DNA of 64,000 nt from Catajapyx aquilonaris. Lineage: Eukaryota. Shown one piece after another: positions 1-12,736 of this stretch (its first letter is position 1; every line of letters starts with the position of its first letter). The notes under the pieces were generated by a model that saw nothing but the letters and a program-made list of their open reading frames with translations, had not been told where the DNA came from and did no database searches. A program made the position numbers and the translations under genes. The stretch covers positions 1-64,000 of the forward strand of contig JYFJ02000875.1 of NCBI GenBank assembly GCA_000934665.2, given 5' to 3'.

Positions 1-181
1 TTTGATGCAACAGAGTGATGGAATGTATGTTTACGGGCATGGGCTAGCTAGTTATGAACAAAAATCCCAAATCCCAGACCAAGGCTAGTTCCCCATTCTA
101 GATTTTTTTTAATGAAAAGAGGGTTGGAAATCGCAGAATGAAGTCCGGCTGCTTCAGGTAGTGTGCATTTTGGTCAGATGA

Positions 182-418
182 GGGAGACGGAGTGGCGCTG
201 CGGTAACGCGCGCGCCCACGGAAGTGAAGGTCCCGGGTTCAATCCCCACCCGGGGTTCCCACCTTCTTTCGTGCAGAGTTGGGCCATCTCTGGCTTCGTT
301 TCGGGTGGCAATTTCCGATAGACTAAGCCACCCGGGGGAGTTCACAAAATGACCACTACTCGACAGCGCACACGCACTTTGCACATCCCCTCCTAACAAC
401 CTTGGAGCATAATAATAA
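182..418 (+). mobile_element. tRNA-derived SINE (family 1)
   Basis: Pol III A box TGGCGCTGCGG (193-203) and B box GGTTCAATCCC (236-246) at tRNA spacing. There is no acceptor stem. A non-tRNA body with a CGGGTGGC/GCCACCCG stem follows, ending in a short (TAA)n tail at about 410-418. No clear TSD. Confidence 0.7.
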
Positions 419-2819
419 GATCCTTCTTAACACGCTCCAAAAAATAATTCCGATGGTGGTAATCCACCCCCCATATATGCGCAATAGATATGGGGTAATG
501 CAAAAAAAAAAAAAATTGGTCGGATGGTGACATGTTAGGCCCGACAGAATAGTGTTCAACTGCAGGCTGCAGCGCGTCACTAACCATTCGTGACGAACAT
601 GCATATTCCATTTGGATGCTTTAACGGTGCTGCCCATTATTATTCAGCTTTTAGTGGCAAAATATTTACACAAGTAACGTTGACAGTACAGTTCACGCAT
701 TACAAGAGACGTACTTCTACTCGACTGGTCAATGGTCAGCAATATCCATTAATTCCGGTTTTGTTTGAGGTGCAAATGTGTTTGCGTCTGATTTACTCTC
801 CCTAATCATGAATAATTGGAGGCTCGAGCTTCCTCCTGAATAGTGGATGGAATGGAACAGTGCTTGCCTTGCAGTTTGTTATCCGGGTGTTCCTTGGGAT
901 CTTATTTTGCATTGAGGGAGAGGGCACCAGGGGCCTTTTAACGCCAAAGGTAACTGGTATGTGTTTGGCCAGGAATATTATTATTAGCCCCTGGAGAGTT
1001 CCTGGGTGGCGGAGTTATGCGAAAGAGCACGAATTCCTCACCGCAGAAGATGCGGAGGAAGAGAATGAAGTAGTGCACAGGAAGATGCCCGAGGAGACGA
1101 TACCTCCTTTTGTCACCTCATCTTTTTTTTTCTTGAGCCTCCCTGTACAGCAAACAGATGAGCCAAGCGAAAAGGGAAAATCAATTTCCACTTCACATTC
1201 TTGGACTTGAAGGCCGAAAATGGATGCTATATCTTGTGATAGCGCCAAGTCCCCGGTGGAATTCGCAGGCTTCACGGGGAGGCCATGGAGTAGCATCCGT
1301 AAAACCCAACGTCTTCTGGAAGTGACAGGGTAAGAGGAAGCCCCGACATTAATTCCGAAAAACCTTTCCTTTCCTTCTGGCATCATTCCAATGGATATTC
1401 AATTCTAACAACTTTACTCCGGTATCCTGCGACCCGCCGAGTTCCTCCGGGGAAGCACTCTTGAATGAAGGCAGTCCTACCTCCATCTCTCCCTCTACAC
1501 ACTCGTACAACAGGTAGGACACTGGACGCCCCCACTCCATTTGCAAAAACTCATTTCAATTCACTCTGTGACATCCCTGGTGATGAAGAGGTCGAGGCCG
1601 CCTCCTTGACATACCACGCTAACAACAGATGGCAGCATCCGTCGGTCTTCCTAATAGCCTGTTATATCCCATTGCATCCACCAGGGCGCTCAACATGTGT
1701 GCATTTTTTTAAAATATAAATTTGAAAAAAAAGTCTATCTAGGTCCGGGCCTAGGCCTTCTCCGGCAGCTGATTAGAAAGCCGGCATTGGGGACTCCCAT
1801 TCCATTCGAATATTTATGCCCGAAGCGCGCTCGAAATGACAAGGCTGTAAGTAGGGCCAATGTTTTACAGTCCGGTCTCGTTTGCACGACCATGCATTAT
1901 GGTGACCTGTGCAGTCTGTTTATGATAATGTCATCGGCGCTGCTCCGGTTGAATGAGAGGACGACAATGACTCTGGGGAACAGGTGACAAATGACGCCTC
2001 CGCTCCACCGCTCTTTTTACCCGGGCATTAATTTATCAAGCAAGATACTGCGGAGTGCACTGCAAGCCCACGAAACGAGATTGGGCCGACTATGGACACC
2101 CTAATTGATCGCCAACTACGCAAGGATCGCAATTAACTGCCTCTTCCACCACCACGACACTTCCAGCTGGACCCCCCAAAAAAGTCGATGGACAAAAAAA
2201 AATTCGGGGGTCTAGGTAATATCTCCGGATGTGACGTTTATGTAGTTACTTCTCGTTATTCCGACGTTCAGCAAATCCCCCAATGACAAGATAAGCCATG
2301 GAGAATCGCGCGTCTCGTTTGTGCCACGTTGCCGGCAGGACTTGATTGGGGCACGGCACATTTGCGAATTTGCAATGTTCGCCCTTCCCGCTTGTCCCGC
2401 CATGTCATTTCACATGGTACAGTAAGTGTGCCAAAAACATGGCCGGTATTAAAGTGGGAGGAATATTTCAACTTTGCCCTTTCACATGGTGGCCCGTTTA
2501 CGTCACCACATTTCTACTCTGACTAGTGTTCAAGGTACTTACCATTATCCAAGATTTCCGTGATTCCTGTGAAAAAAACGAGAAAAAAATTAGTCTGAAA
2601 AATATTGATATCACCTTGTCATTATTATAATTTAGATAATATAGTGGTATAGAAATTGTCTTACAACAAATACTCTGGAGTTTGTTCAAGAAAGTAGTCA
2701 TTGGAACGAAAAATTGAGGCACTATATTAATTTTCTGCAGAAAAAAGGAGTTTGTTATTTTCACACGCGGGATCCCTCTGTATAGCTGATTTCTCACCAT
2801 TCATAAAATATCATAATGC

Positions 2820-2984
2820 CAAGGTGTGAGCAACTCCTTGGAACCAGTGTACACCCTGGCCAAGGAACCAGGTGGAACTGGCTTGGAACCAGCTTGGAAC
2901 CGGGTGGAACCAGCGTGGAACTGGGTGGAACCTCCCGGTTCCTGGATCTGGTGTACACTTTTTTGGGGAGTTGCTAACCCCTTG
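2820..2984. mobile_element. hAT-type MITE (165 bp) with 8-bp TSD
   Basis: Imperfect TIRs CAAGGTGTGAGCAACTCC ... GGAGTTGCTAACCCCTTG, plus an inner IR AGTGTACACC/GGTGTACACT. Exact 8-bp direct repeat CATAATGC at 2812-2819 and 2985-2992. The interior is a tandem array of 10-11 bp TGGAACC-containing units. Confidence 0.85.
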
Positions 2985-5091
2985 CATAATGCGCAATTTC
3001 CAGTGACCTATTTTGCCAAACCTAGGTGCATTCTTGTTTGACGTAGTTGTGATGCATCCCCATGAACAGCTATAGCACAGCATAATGACATAATTAATTC
3101 AGTTTCGCGCAGTATCATGCATGAATTGTACCCAAACCATGTCATCATTGTCTTATTATGCCCGCAACGCATTTCATGATCTGCTCCATTATTATGTTTA
3201 AATTCATCTCGCGATTGTGCAATATATTTCGCTTTAAACTAGCCATGAGTCCAGGCTTTAAAAGGGGGTCATTCTTTACAATGTTCCCCTCCACCGCACC
3301 ATAATTGATACTCTCAAAAAAAACACTTGAAACACCCAACTTATTTGCGGCGCCTTACTCGAAGCGGACATAATTGGTAGCAGATAAAAGCCAAACAATT
3401 TACAAGAATTCATTTGCAGTAAGACTTTTCTCCCACGCCCTCCCCCCCCCCTCAAAAAATAGGCACAACAAGAGGGTAGAAGTAAAGGAAAAGGGAGTCA
3501 TCAAGTGTCGCGTTGCACTCCCAAGATGAATTCCCTCACTCCATCCAAGTGAAAATTTCATTCGAGGCAGATGGAGTAGTGAGGAAGGGAGTCGGAAAGA
3601 TTGGGAGTCCAGCACGCTGAAGAGCCCTTTCGTGGCTCCAGCGGCAATCAGGAGTCCGGGCAATAAGTCACGAGATGAGAGGGGGAAGGACGTGGACCTA
3701 AATGTGAGTTGAGCTGGAGAAGATGAGAGGGGGCCCAACCTCCTCCCTCCCTCCCTCCTAACCCTTTTTTTTCCACATTCTTTCTTTCTTCCACATTTTT
3801 TCGCCAATCCATTTTCTACCATAATATTGCAGAAGTAAGAAAAGTTTCCTTATTGGACCGCCCCCGTGCCCCTTGCCTACCCCCTTGGCTGACTCTAGTG
3901 GAAGTAGAAAAAATGTGACTTGGAAGAATCTTTGAATAACATGGGTCTCTTGTCAATTGATTGGCTGTATTTATAGCCTTGAACCAGAGAGTTATTAAGG
4001 ATTACTGGAATATTTGAAGTGTTAGAAACAATTGATAGGAGGGAATCTCATTTTAGGGAGTAACAAAAAAATTTAATATGGTTACAGAACTTTCTATTTT
4101 TAGGGATTCACTGAAATGTTACAGAATTGAAGTGGAGAATATTTGAAAAGAATTTAACATACAGGATCATGATGCATGAAATTTCTTGAAATAATATGGC
4201 GATCTTAATACACAGAGGGTGTTACAATTGAAAATAATGATCTTTGTCGTTAGCGACTTTGTGGCACTAAGCTGTTTATTTTAATCAGTTACTTTCAATA
4301 GTAGTCAAACGTATTAGGTTGCGCGGACCCATCCTTTTCAAAGCCTCAAAAAAGTTAATGTCTTTGACATTTGAAGCCAATAGTTTCAATGGATCATTTC
4401 TAATAGGAAATTCAATACAATTCACGTACCGTAGGCTATAATTTAATTCGACCTAACATTAGCAGCTAATACGTCTGACTACCACTAAAAGTAACTGCTC
4501 AAAAATAAGCCACCTAGTTCCGAAAAATGGTTAACCACTAAGATCATTTCAATTGATCAGTACACACTGTATTGTTGTAAGAAACGCTTACCGGTACGTT
4601 TATTTTGTATGCTACGCTCATTTATCTCTCCACTTACAGTATAATTTTTGAAACGTTGCAATTTTCCGATATTTGGCGATGGGCAATTTTCAAAATGTTA
4701 GTGATTAATAACCAATGGAAAGTAAATGAAAGGAGGGTGAAGGAAGCAATATTTTCCTGCCAAACACACTCGGTACTTAAGGTTCACTGTTTGGGAGGGT
4801 ATAGAAAGTAGGCAGTGTATTAATAAAAGCTCACGAGCGTGATGGACTGAGCCTTCGGTACATTCCTGTGACGGGAAGTAAACAGACTCCTAATATTGAC
4901 AAGGAAATATGATCCATAGAACACACACCAAACGCGCAGTGAAAAGGTTGGCTACGTTAAAACGATCACCTCCAGGCCTATAACATGAATAACAGTGCGG
5001 AGAGCGAGAAGCTAATTACTCCCGGCCACAAATTAACACCGTTGCTTTATCACTGTTGAAGGGCATCATATCCTCATGAGCATATCGTGGG

Positions 5092-5318
5092 CATACAGCA
5101 GAAATCCACTAAGAACAAAAAAAAATACAGTTTCGAGATAATTCAAAGCACTTGTTTTACATGAAACTGAATACAGAAAATCCTGCCTTGCTGGATCATT
5201 ATGAATCTTTAAGACAAAATGGACGTCACCAGGAGGTAGAGCATAAAATATGTTACTTGTGTCAATAATTCAAAACTGACACAATTGCACTTACTTGTTA
5301 GTGGATTTCACGTATATG
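5092..5318 (+). mobile_element. MITE-like dispersed repeat, copy A of a local family
   Basis: Terminal IR core GAAATCCACTAA (5101-5112) / TTAGTGGATTTC (5298-5309). The internal motif A-run...TTTCGAGATAATTCAAAG...CAGAAAATCCTG...CATTATGAATC is shared with five other loci in this window. Confidence 0.65.
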
Positions 5319-6284
5319 GCGATGATAGGTTCGTTTACAGCCAACCAAACCAAAATAAAGTGCACAAACTGTCCTCCGGCAGACTGTCGGTTCCGTACCT
5401 AATAAAAGAGTTACACGGAAGGAGTGTCCTCGTTGTACGATTCTGGCCATGTAATTAGTCGGTTCCTCCAACTATTTTCCCTTCTATTATTTCCCCGCCC
5501 ACCCTGACAAGCGCTGGAGACCGGATCACGACAAGAATTGTAGCAGAATCGGTCTTGACATGTGCCCTTGCAATGCAAAAAGTGCGTGCATAGTTGTTCG
5601 AGATTGATGTTTCATGGGAGTCTGAGCAACCCTGTCACTCCACACGGAATGCCTGCACGGCCCAAATTGCCCCCTTTCCATTTATATTCCCCACACGGCA
5701 TGATAAGGAACCCACCCCCTACTCAGAAGGACAGACAACTCACACTGCTAAATAGGATAGGTAGTATCACGCACTGGTAACCCAATGAGTGTTAATGACT
5801 AGGTGATGACCCCAGTTGTGCACATAATCCAAGCAAGGAGTCCAGAGCAGCTGCAGTGTCAACACCGTCGTTTGGTCGACGTTGGTCGTCGGCACGGGTC
5901 CCCCACACTTTATGTGGCTGTCAGGCGGAGGGACTGACACCCTCTTTAGGACTGCATTTCCAAAGGAAAAGGGGGTGGCTGTGGGCGTTGCGGGCCACAG
6001 CCTGACAGGCGGAAGGGTAATGTCAATAGCTGTTAGCTACGGGGAATAATCAATACGGCTTGTGATCGGTGGGCTTCCAAGGGTGGAGAGCCAGCCCATT
6101 ATCACACCCAGGGTCTTGGGAGACTCAAATGGCCGGGTTTAGCCTATGGAGTCCAGGATCTGAGCAGTGAGTGTGTAGTGATTTGGTGATTGAGAGGGGG
6201 GAAACATTTTAGGACAATGAGATGGGTGGCTAGATTGGCCCAAAACTATTATGATGTAGGGGTCAGAAATGTTTTGAAACCATG

Positions 6285-6542
6285 TGAAGACCTAGGGGGA
6301 AGAACAATCAAGATCAGCTTTTTTGTCAAAAATGAGTTACGTACATATCTCAGAAGATAGTTTCACTAGCGTAGAATATGATGGTTTGGTCGTGGTTGTG
6401 GAGTAATGATCATAGGTCACTATGGAAGGCCCCGAAAGTGGGATTTACAATGGAACCTTATGGGCCTTCGAAATTTGAAATTGGAATATCTCATCAGTTT
6501 CACCTGAGGTGGACCTTAATCGTTCTTCCCCCGAGGTCTTCA
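6285..6542. mobile_element. Inverted-repeat (MITE/foldback-like) element
   Basis: 31-bp IR: TGAAGACCTAGGGGGAAGAACAATCAAGATC (6285-6315) versus the reverse complement of 6512-6542, with 4 mismatches. Confidence 0.6.
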
Positions 6543-6601
6543 TGTACAGTAGCCCTATATCAACTAGTGCAATCTACGAGTAAGTCTAGGCGAGGAACAC
6601 A

Positions 6602-6711
6602 TGTACTATATCGCTCAAAAACATACAGACGATTTTGCTTTTTGACTCAAGTGCATCATGCACTTGAATCAAATGCAAAATCGTCTCTATGTTTTTGAGC
6701 GATATAGTACA
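6602..6711. repeat. Near-perfect 110-bp palindrome; probable TA-flanked Tc1/mariner-type mini-MITE (6606-6707)
   Basis: Arms of about 55 bp (TGTACTATATCGCTCAAAAACATA...TCAAGTGCAT / ATGCACTTGA...TATGTTTTTGAGCGATATAGTACA) around a single central base at 6657, with about 3 substitutions and 1 indel. TA at 6604-6605 and 6708-6709. Confidence 0.88.
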
Positions 6712-6855
6712 AAGTGAGAATTCTTTTTTAAATTCCAAAAATGTGACATTACAAAGCAGTGTGGACAATTGAGTTGGAACATATACTGCTGGAAAAACTG
6801 CAACGTGTTCTTATTTTGAATTACGACTCGTTGATTACATTGTTAAAAGTTTTAT

Positions 6856-7062
6856 GTGGGTTGGCAAGCTTGCGAGAACGGATAGTTGCGAGCTTAGGGT
6901 TGCGAGAAAATCTATTCTCGCTCCCCATCTCTCTTTTTTTGAGTAGCCTTTTAGCATTTTCAGCATGGCGAGAACACGGGAGAATACGGGATGCGATAAT
7001 TGATTTTTCTCGCAACCCGAATTCTCTTTCAAACATTGGTTCTCGAGAGCTTGAGAACCCAC
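6856..7062. mobile_element. Degenerate MITE-like element with nested inverted repeats
   Basis: GTGGGTTGGCAAGCTTGCGAGAAC (6856-6879) versus the reverse complement of 7039-7062 (4 mismatches). An inner IR GGGTTGCGAGAAAATC / GATTTTTCTCGCAACCC and repeated GCGAGAA motifs are also present. Confidence 0.55.
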
Positions 7063-10000
7063 CGTGAGTAATAGGTGACAAGGCACTTGCATATGTAATG
7101 TAGTAGCATGTATATCAAGTTTCATATTTCAGTATTTGCAAAATCCCGCAATGTAAGAATTTGGGAAATTTCTGGCCTTTTAAGTTCAAAGTCCTTGAAG
7201 TCCTTGCTTCAGAATTGAGCTCACATCCATATACCGGTATCCGTAAAAAAAAATCTGTTACTCGAACTTGTCGCCTTACACTTTGCAAATGTGGCAATGA
7301 GTTGCTGGCAATCTAATTTCATTGAATTTTAAATAGTATGCATAACTATGCAAAATTTTCGTCAATATGTGAGTTAAATGATGAAATAGGCGTCACAATC
7401 TCGTAAGCAGCGATCGGGTGTCAAAACTAGTCGTGTTAATTGTTAAATATTATGCCCACATATTTTGGGCAATAATTTCATTCCGATTCGAACCAATATA
7501 GTCTTTAATGTTAATGCTTTCCACTTACGCAGAATTTATAATTATTACTCTACCACACTTTCAGAAGAGACCCCGGCCTGTTCAGCCTCCGGGACTGAAT
7601 TCATCAACTTACGAGATTATTAGAAATACTACGGAAATACGTACAAGAGAGATACACAAAAATTCGTCGCAGCCTTAATACCATGTAACTCTACATTTAA
7701 GCTCTACGTAGAGGGGGCTAGTGGGTGGGATTGTTGTCTCTACTTATCACTGTACAGTACTATACTTCCCCAGCGAGCACATCTTGTACTACCCGGCAGG
7801 CAGAGAGTACACAAGCAGATACTTTTCAAACATTATAGTTCCAGCTCCTGAGCTATAGTGCAGGTCTTCCAGTGAATAGTATGCTATCATATTGTCGCTT
7901 CAATCATTGAACTACAAGTAACGTGACAACTGATAGCAGCTCTGCTATACTTGTGTTGCAGCCATTCACGTATCTGGATACCATGCACCGTAATTTGATC
8001 TAACTGACTACACTGCTGTGTGATCCAGGGAAATCGCCCACTGGGCTGTGACACATTTTAAAGGCCCGTGACCACACTATCATTCACGAAGTTTCGACCC
8101 GTTAAACTCATATAGCCGACGTCCTGTCCGGGGACCAAGTCAGACAAATTAGGGTTGTTTACACAGGGTGACCCATTAAGATTCACCCCCAATAAGTGGT
8201 AGATAGGGAATGGAAGGAAAGAATGTACGTAATGAAATAAAGTGTGATGGCTGAATACCTTGTCTTATACTTAACAAGGTGATGTCATATCATGCGCTGA
8301 AACTGACCACTCTGCGTGCATCTGAACGCGAGGTTGCATGTTATCGCAGTTGTGTCTCACTTGTCAGTATGGCGATGTAATTTGCTTGATTTCATTGGTA
8401 ACGTTTTCTTTCACTGCGTAAATTGCATCGCATGATACACCTGAGTTACTTCAATTTAACAGTCAAAAATACAATTTATACCAAAACTCTTTTCTCGACG
8501 AAATTCAATTAATTGTTGCTTAATAGAACCGGAGCGCATGGCAATAGAGTGTACACTGGTATCATTTACTAAGGCCAGATTGATTTTGAATATAAAAATC
8601 GAGGACCAAGAACTGCCGTGTTACATTTTAATGCCATATCCTTGTTTCACAGCGAGCGTAGCAGCAATTATGTAGACCTCATTTTTGCATATTTGCTGCA
8701 ACAAAGACCTGGCCCTGTAGGTTGTACGTCGCGGCCATACCAACATTTTGCCCTTTACATGATTGTATGCCTATAACATAATGCGGGGTTACACCGCATT
8801 TCAGTTTCGGAATGTGCCTACAGTAAAACTGCATACATATCACGGCATTGTCATTTCAGACAATTTCACTTGCAGGTCACCGATGCTGTAAAACAATATT
8901 TTTATTGTAGGCCTGTATGAATACCTACGACTGTGATTTCAAAATATAAGCGTGTGAAGTGTAACTATTACACTATCCCACGTGCGATCCATTTTTTTCA
9001 ATTTTCCTATTAAGAGATCGTGTAGGCTAAATAATGATTTCCATATTGTGACACATTGAACGTGTTTTTATTTGAAGCAGCTACCGTATCTTAAATCTTC
9101 CGCTTTGATGGTGACTCCTTACAGGACCTACGCAAGTGATTTTGCATCAAAACCAAAACTGGTCTTTTCTATTTATACGACTCAAAACAATGCTTCTTCT
9201 TTCCCACACCCTAAAGTCTGTGCATCTACCGTTGACCACATGGCTCAATGTCATATTGCATTCAACATTCGAATTCTGTATTCCTCAGCTGGCTCACAGG
9301 CCTAACGTCACACTGTCCTGTCATCTGCTAAGCTTCAGCGATATAAAATGTTGCATCCAGCTTCAAAGGACAAAACATCTGACCTCGATACAGACTCCCT
9401 TTCTCATAATCTGCAACCTATGTACTGGACTTGCTACTGTATTAGCAAAGGTCTATGTTAACCGCACTGTAATCCCGTGTGGGGATCATTTTCAACAGCA
9501 CTGAAGATAACCTACAGTTCTCCTTGGAACCCTCTCTCTTTACGACCCTATATAATCAAAGCGATACAACCCGAGTGTAATTATTTGCACATTTCTCCCT
9601 TTTCGTAACAAGATGAGCAAATAATCTAACTGTACAGCAAGGTCTAGGTCCTGTAAACTAACTCAAGGGCCAGTCACTCCCTAACATTGGCAAGCACATG
9701 ACGGCAGGTATATACGTGACTGTGTTTCCAAACCAATCTGAGGTTGACTGTTGACATGACAAGTAGGCCTACTCTGAGAGAGTGAAGGTAGTGACTGCTG
9801 ACATTCACAGTTGTCTGAACTGCGGGTGGCACGATTTGTGCCAATACAGGTTGAACAGACTGCTGTTCCATATTTTAGATTCTATGTTACAATGCAATGC
9901 CACGGACAAAATCGGCTTATATCTGGCTTACCACGCGCCACTGAGCACTTTCAGGAGGCAGACAAATTTAAAAGCTACTCCAGCCGCCATGTTTGTGCAC

Positions 10001-12299
10001 GGATTCCACCCACGACCTCAGGGGTCCAATCGCGAAAAGGGCCGGGACCGGTTCAGCCACGCCACCGCCAAATGACTTTCAGCGCACCCTGTACATCCGT
10101 TGCATAAAGAGGACGGGTGTTTGTCTGCGGAAGGATTTACAATGGCTCGAATAGATCGCAAGGAACGTGATAATAGAGGAATGGTGAGCATTTCCTGGCA
10201 AGTTGTCAACATAATGGAAGTCCATGATGATTCACCGAACCGAAGTTAATATTTCACGCTCGGTTACGCTCTCCCAGGATATGGAAGCCTGGAATTAGCA
10301 CAGCGTTGCCGTACAACGAGCTGAGTTGCAAAACGCGCGTGACGCGATGGTCCTCCGAGTCTCGTCAGTCCAAACCAAAGTTGGGTGCCAGAGTACGTGG
10401 AATGAAAATAGTTTTTATACCCCCCATCCTATATACATACCGGTAGCAGCGTATGCAGTTCGGAACTGGTTAAATGTCAGATAACCCCTTCTTTCAAGAA
10501 GGCCCTATTATAAGTTCGTGTGATTCAAATTGGTGATAGTAGTCACGAACAAAGTTGACGGATGACCGCTGCAGCGATTACAGAGGTGCAGACACACCGC
10601 TGTTGGCTTAGATGCGTGAAATCCTGGCTATCGTGCGTTTTAGCACAAATCTGGCCACTTAACGAGCGTGCGAGTTTGCCTGCGAATCTGTCGCAACGTG
10701 CTACCTTCGTGACCATTTATAGGTCATGGATGACAAGGAATGGGTGCCACTTGGCTCTAGGAGGTCGGTCCTCCTTTGGACGGGTGCAGGGGTGACACAA
10801 GTCACGCATTCATGGCTGTTTATTTGGCATCATAATATTAATTCTGACGGAAATTATATGTGTCATACGTGGTTGACGCCGTGTCATAGCTATTGTAATT
10901 CAGATAATTATGAGGCAATACTGCATGTTTGTTTAAAATGTGAAGAGCCATAATCCCCAAATTTTGGTGGCAATAAATTACAGCTATCGGAACCTTCTAC
11001 ATGAGATGATCGTCAATTATTTTTAATCCGCAATCTTCCCAATTAGTACTCTTCCTCCTCATTACCACACCCCGTCATTTTTGACTAATGCCTTCACTTG
11101 TATTATATATTACTCCCCCACACTATGCAACACTGAACACTACAGATAAATCTCTGCTTCTCCAACAACCTGACACTTAAATTGCAAGTGTATTAAAAAC
11201 CCTATCCAGATTACAACTGGACATGCATCACAGAATTTGATTAGATGGTATGAAAATTGGTTCCAGTGTGGTTGTAGAGATAGGATAACCCAAAAATGGA
11301 ATAAATTTAGGAGAGTGTGGGGCGAAGTTTCATAGCAATATTTTCGTGGTCCACGAAACAGATAACCGGTATTTGAAAAGAGCCCGCTCTCTAACTGCGC
11401 CAGGCAAATAAGTCTCCGGCCTGCAAATGAAGTGCCGCAACCCCAAAAACCGCTCACTCTTTTCCTCCCATCCAATTTAGCCACTGCGACAAAAAAGCGA
11501 GTATCATTATGGGAGCAATCTGAATCTAGCCGAGTCCGGATAAAAATTCAGAACATGGTATTAAGTTCAGTTTCAATCAGCAGATTTATCATGGAAGCAA
11601 ATGAAGGAATCGATACCATCCCCCGAGTCGCGGATACTTCCAATTGGCATGCATCATATTATGAGAAAGAAATTGGGAGGGGGCCTAATGAAATTGTTCC
11701 TTGCTGTAATGAGACCGGTTCCAGGTTTCCGATAGTAGGAAACGGTTATTAATGAACTAGAGGTGTATATATACAGCATCATTATATGTGCATACCGGGG
11801 GGCCTCTGATGGTATGGAGAAAAAAAATCCATATGCCAGTGTTGGATGACGTCTGTTGTGCCTCTGGCCATCCGATATGTTTTTCGCGGCAGTTGGCTCT
11901 GTTCATTTCGAAGCCCTTTTCCCCAACGGACCACATGTGCACAAATTTATTATAATGCATGCAGCGCTCCAAATTTGCGGGTTCAGTGTGCAGGAATTAT
12001 TCATACCGGCCTATTTGGAGACAAGTGTCAATTGATGTCCAAGACGCCTGGCGCTGACATTTCCATTTGGATCACCGCGGAGCTAATTTTTGCGTAAATC
12101 ACAGCCGACAATGACAACACTGCGGCCACACAGGGGGAGGTCGAGTACGGGGCCAAAAATACAGTATAAAACCACATACATGATGTCCACTGGTGGCTGA
12201 TGTGGCTTTGCGTTGCTTCAGGCTCACTCTATAATATCCAACCTGCATTCACCACATCAAGAATCACCCTACTTGGCAGTAGCATATTGTGGACATACC

Positions 12300-12450
12300 A
12301 CAAAGTTCAAAAAAAATCTGAGATAAATTCGAGAAAGATGTTGGTGAAGTCAGAAAATCTTGGATTCCTGGCTCCTTATGAATCATTAGGACTAAATGGC
12401 AGCGATTTAGTTGTGTAAATATCCGAAATTAGACAATAGATTTCTCCTGC
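12300..12450 (+). mobile_element. MITE-like dispersed repeat, copy B
   Basis: GTTCAAAAAAAATCTGAGATAAATTC...CAGAAAATCTTGGATTCCTGGCTCCTTATGAATC aligns by eye to copies A, C, D and F. Boundaries are approximate. Confidence 0.55.
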
Positions 12451-12456
12451 ATGTCC

Positions 12457-12736
12457 TCCCACCAATGTATCTCCACCTTGTCGTGGTGGCGGGGGGAGGG
12501 GGGGGGGCTTGAGTTTCTCCCATGACCACAAGAGCTATGCCGGCGGTAGCTTCGTCTACTGGCAGGGCCACCCTAGTCGGATAGGTCTTTGGCATAATTA
12601 TGAGACAGACTACTAGTCTTTCCTCTCTTATTTTTCCTAATTGATTCGTTTCTATCTCCATCTGTCCCACCTTTGCGTCTTCTAATAACCAGATAGCCAT
12701 AGTTGCTTTGGCTCCCTCATAATAACTAAACCTAAA
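12457..12736 (+). mobile_element. Short non-autonomous retroelement whose head resembles the RTE-clade (BovB/Rex3-Expander type) 5' end
   Basis: CCACCTTGTCGTGGTGG..GGGGCTTGAG..CATGACC..GAGCTATGCCGG..GGCAGGGCCACCC..CGGATAGGTC follows the motif order I recall for RTE 5' UTRs. It has no ORF and no A/B boxes, and ends in AACTAAACCTAAA. It is flanked by a 14-bp TSD, TCTCCTG(C/T)ATGTCC, at 12443-12456 and 12737-12750. Confidence 0.72.

Noticed and set aside
860..1719. Overlapping 65-123 aa ORFs in a moderately GC-rich stretch
   Set aside because: No recognisable domain and no convincing splice-site pair linking them to the Beat-like gene.
9925..9995. Minus-strand AAACATGGCGGC start context followed by a GTAAGC donor (MAAGVAFKFVCLLKVLSGA)
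   Set aside because: No in-frame downstream exon found. The motif equally matches a YY1/Pho-like site common in repeats.
10536..10721. Possible MITE ends GTCACGAA / TTCGTGAC
   Set aside because: Only an 8-bp exact core and no clear TSD.
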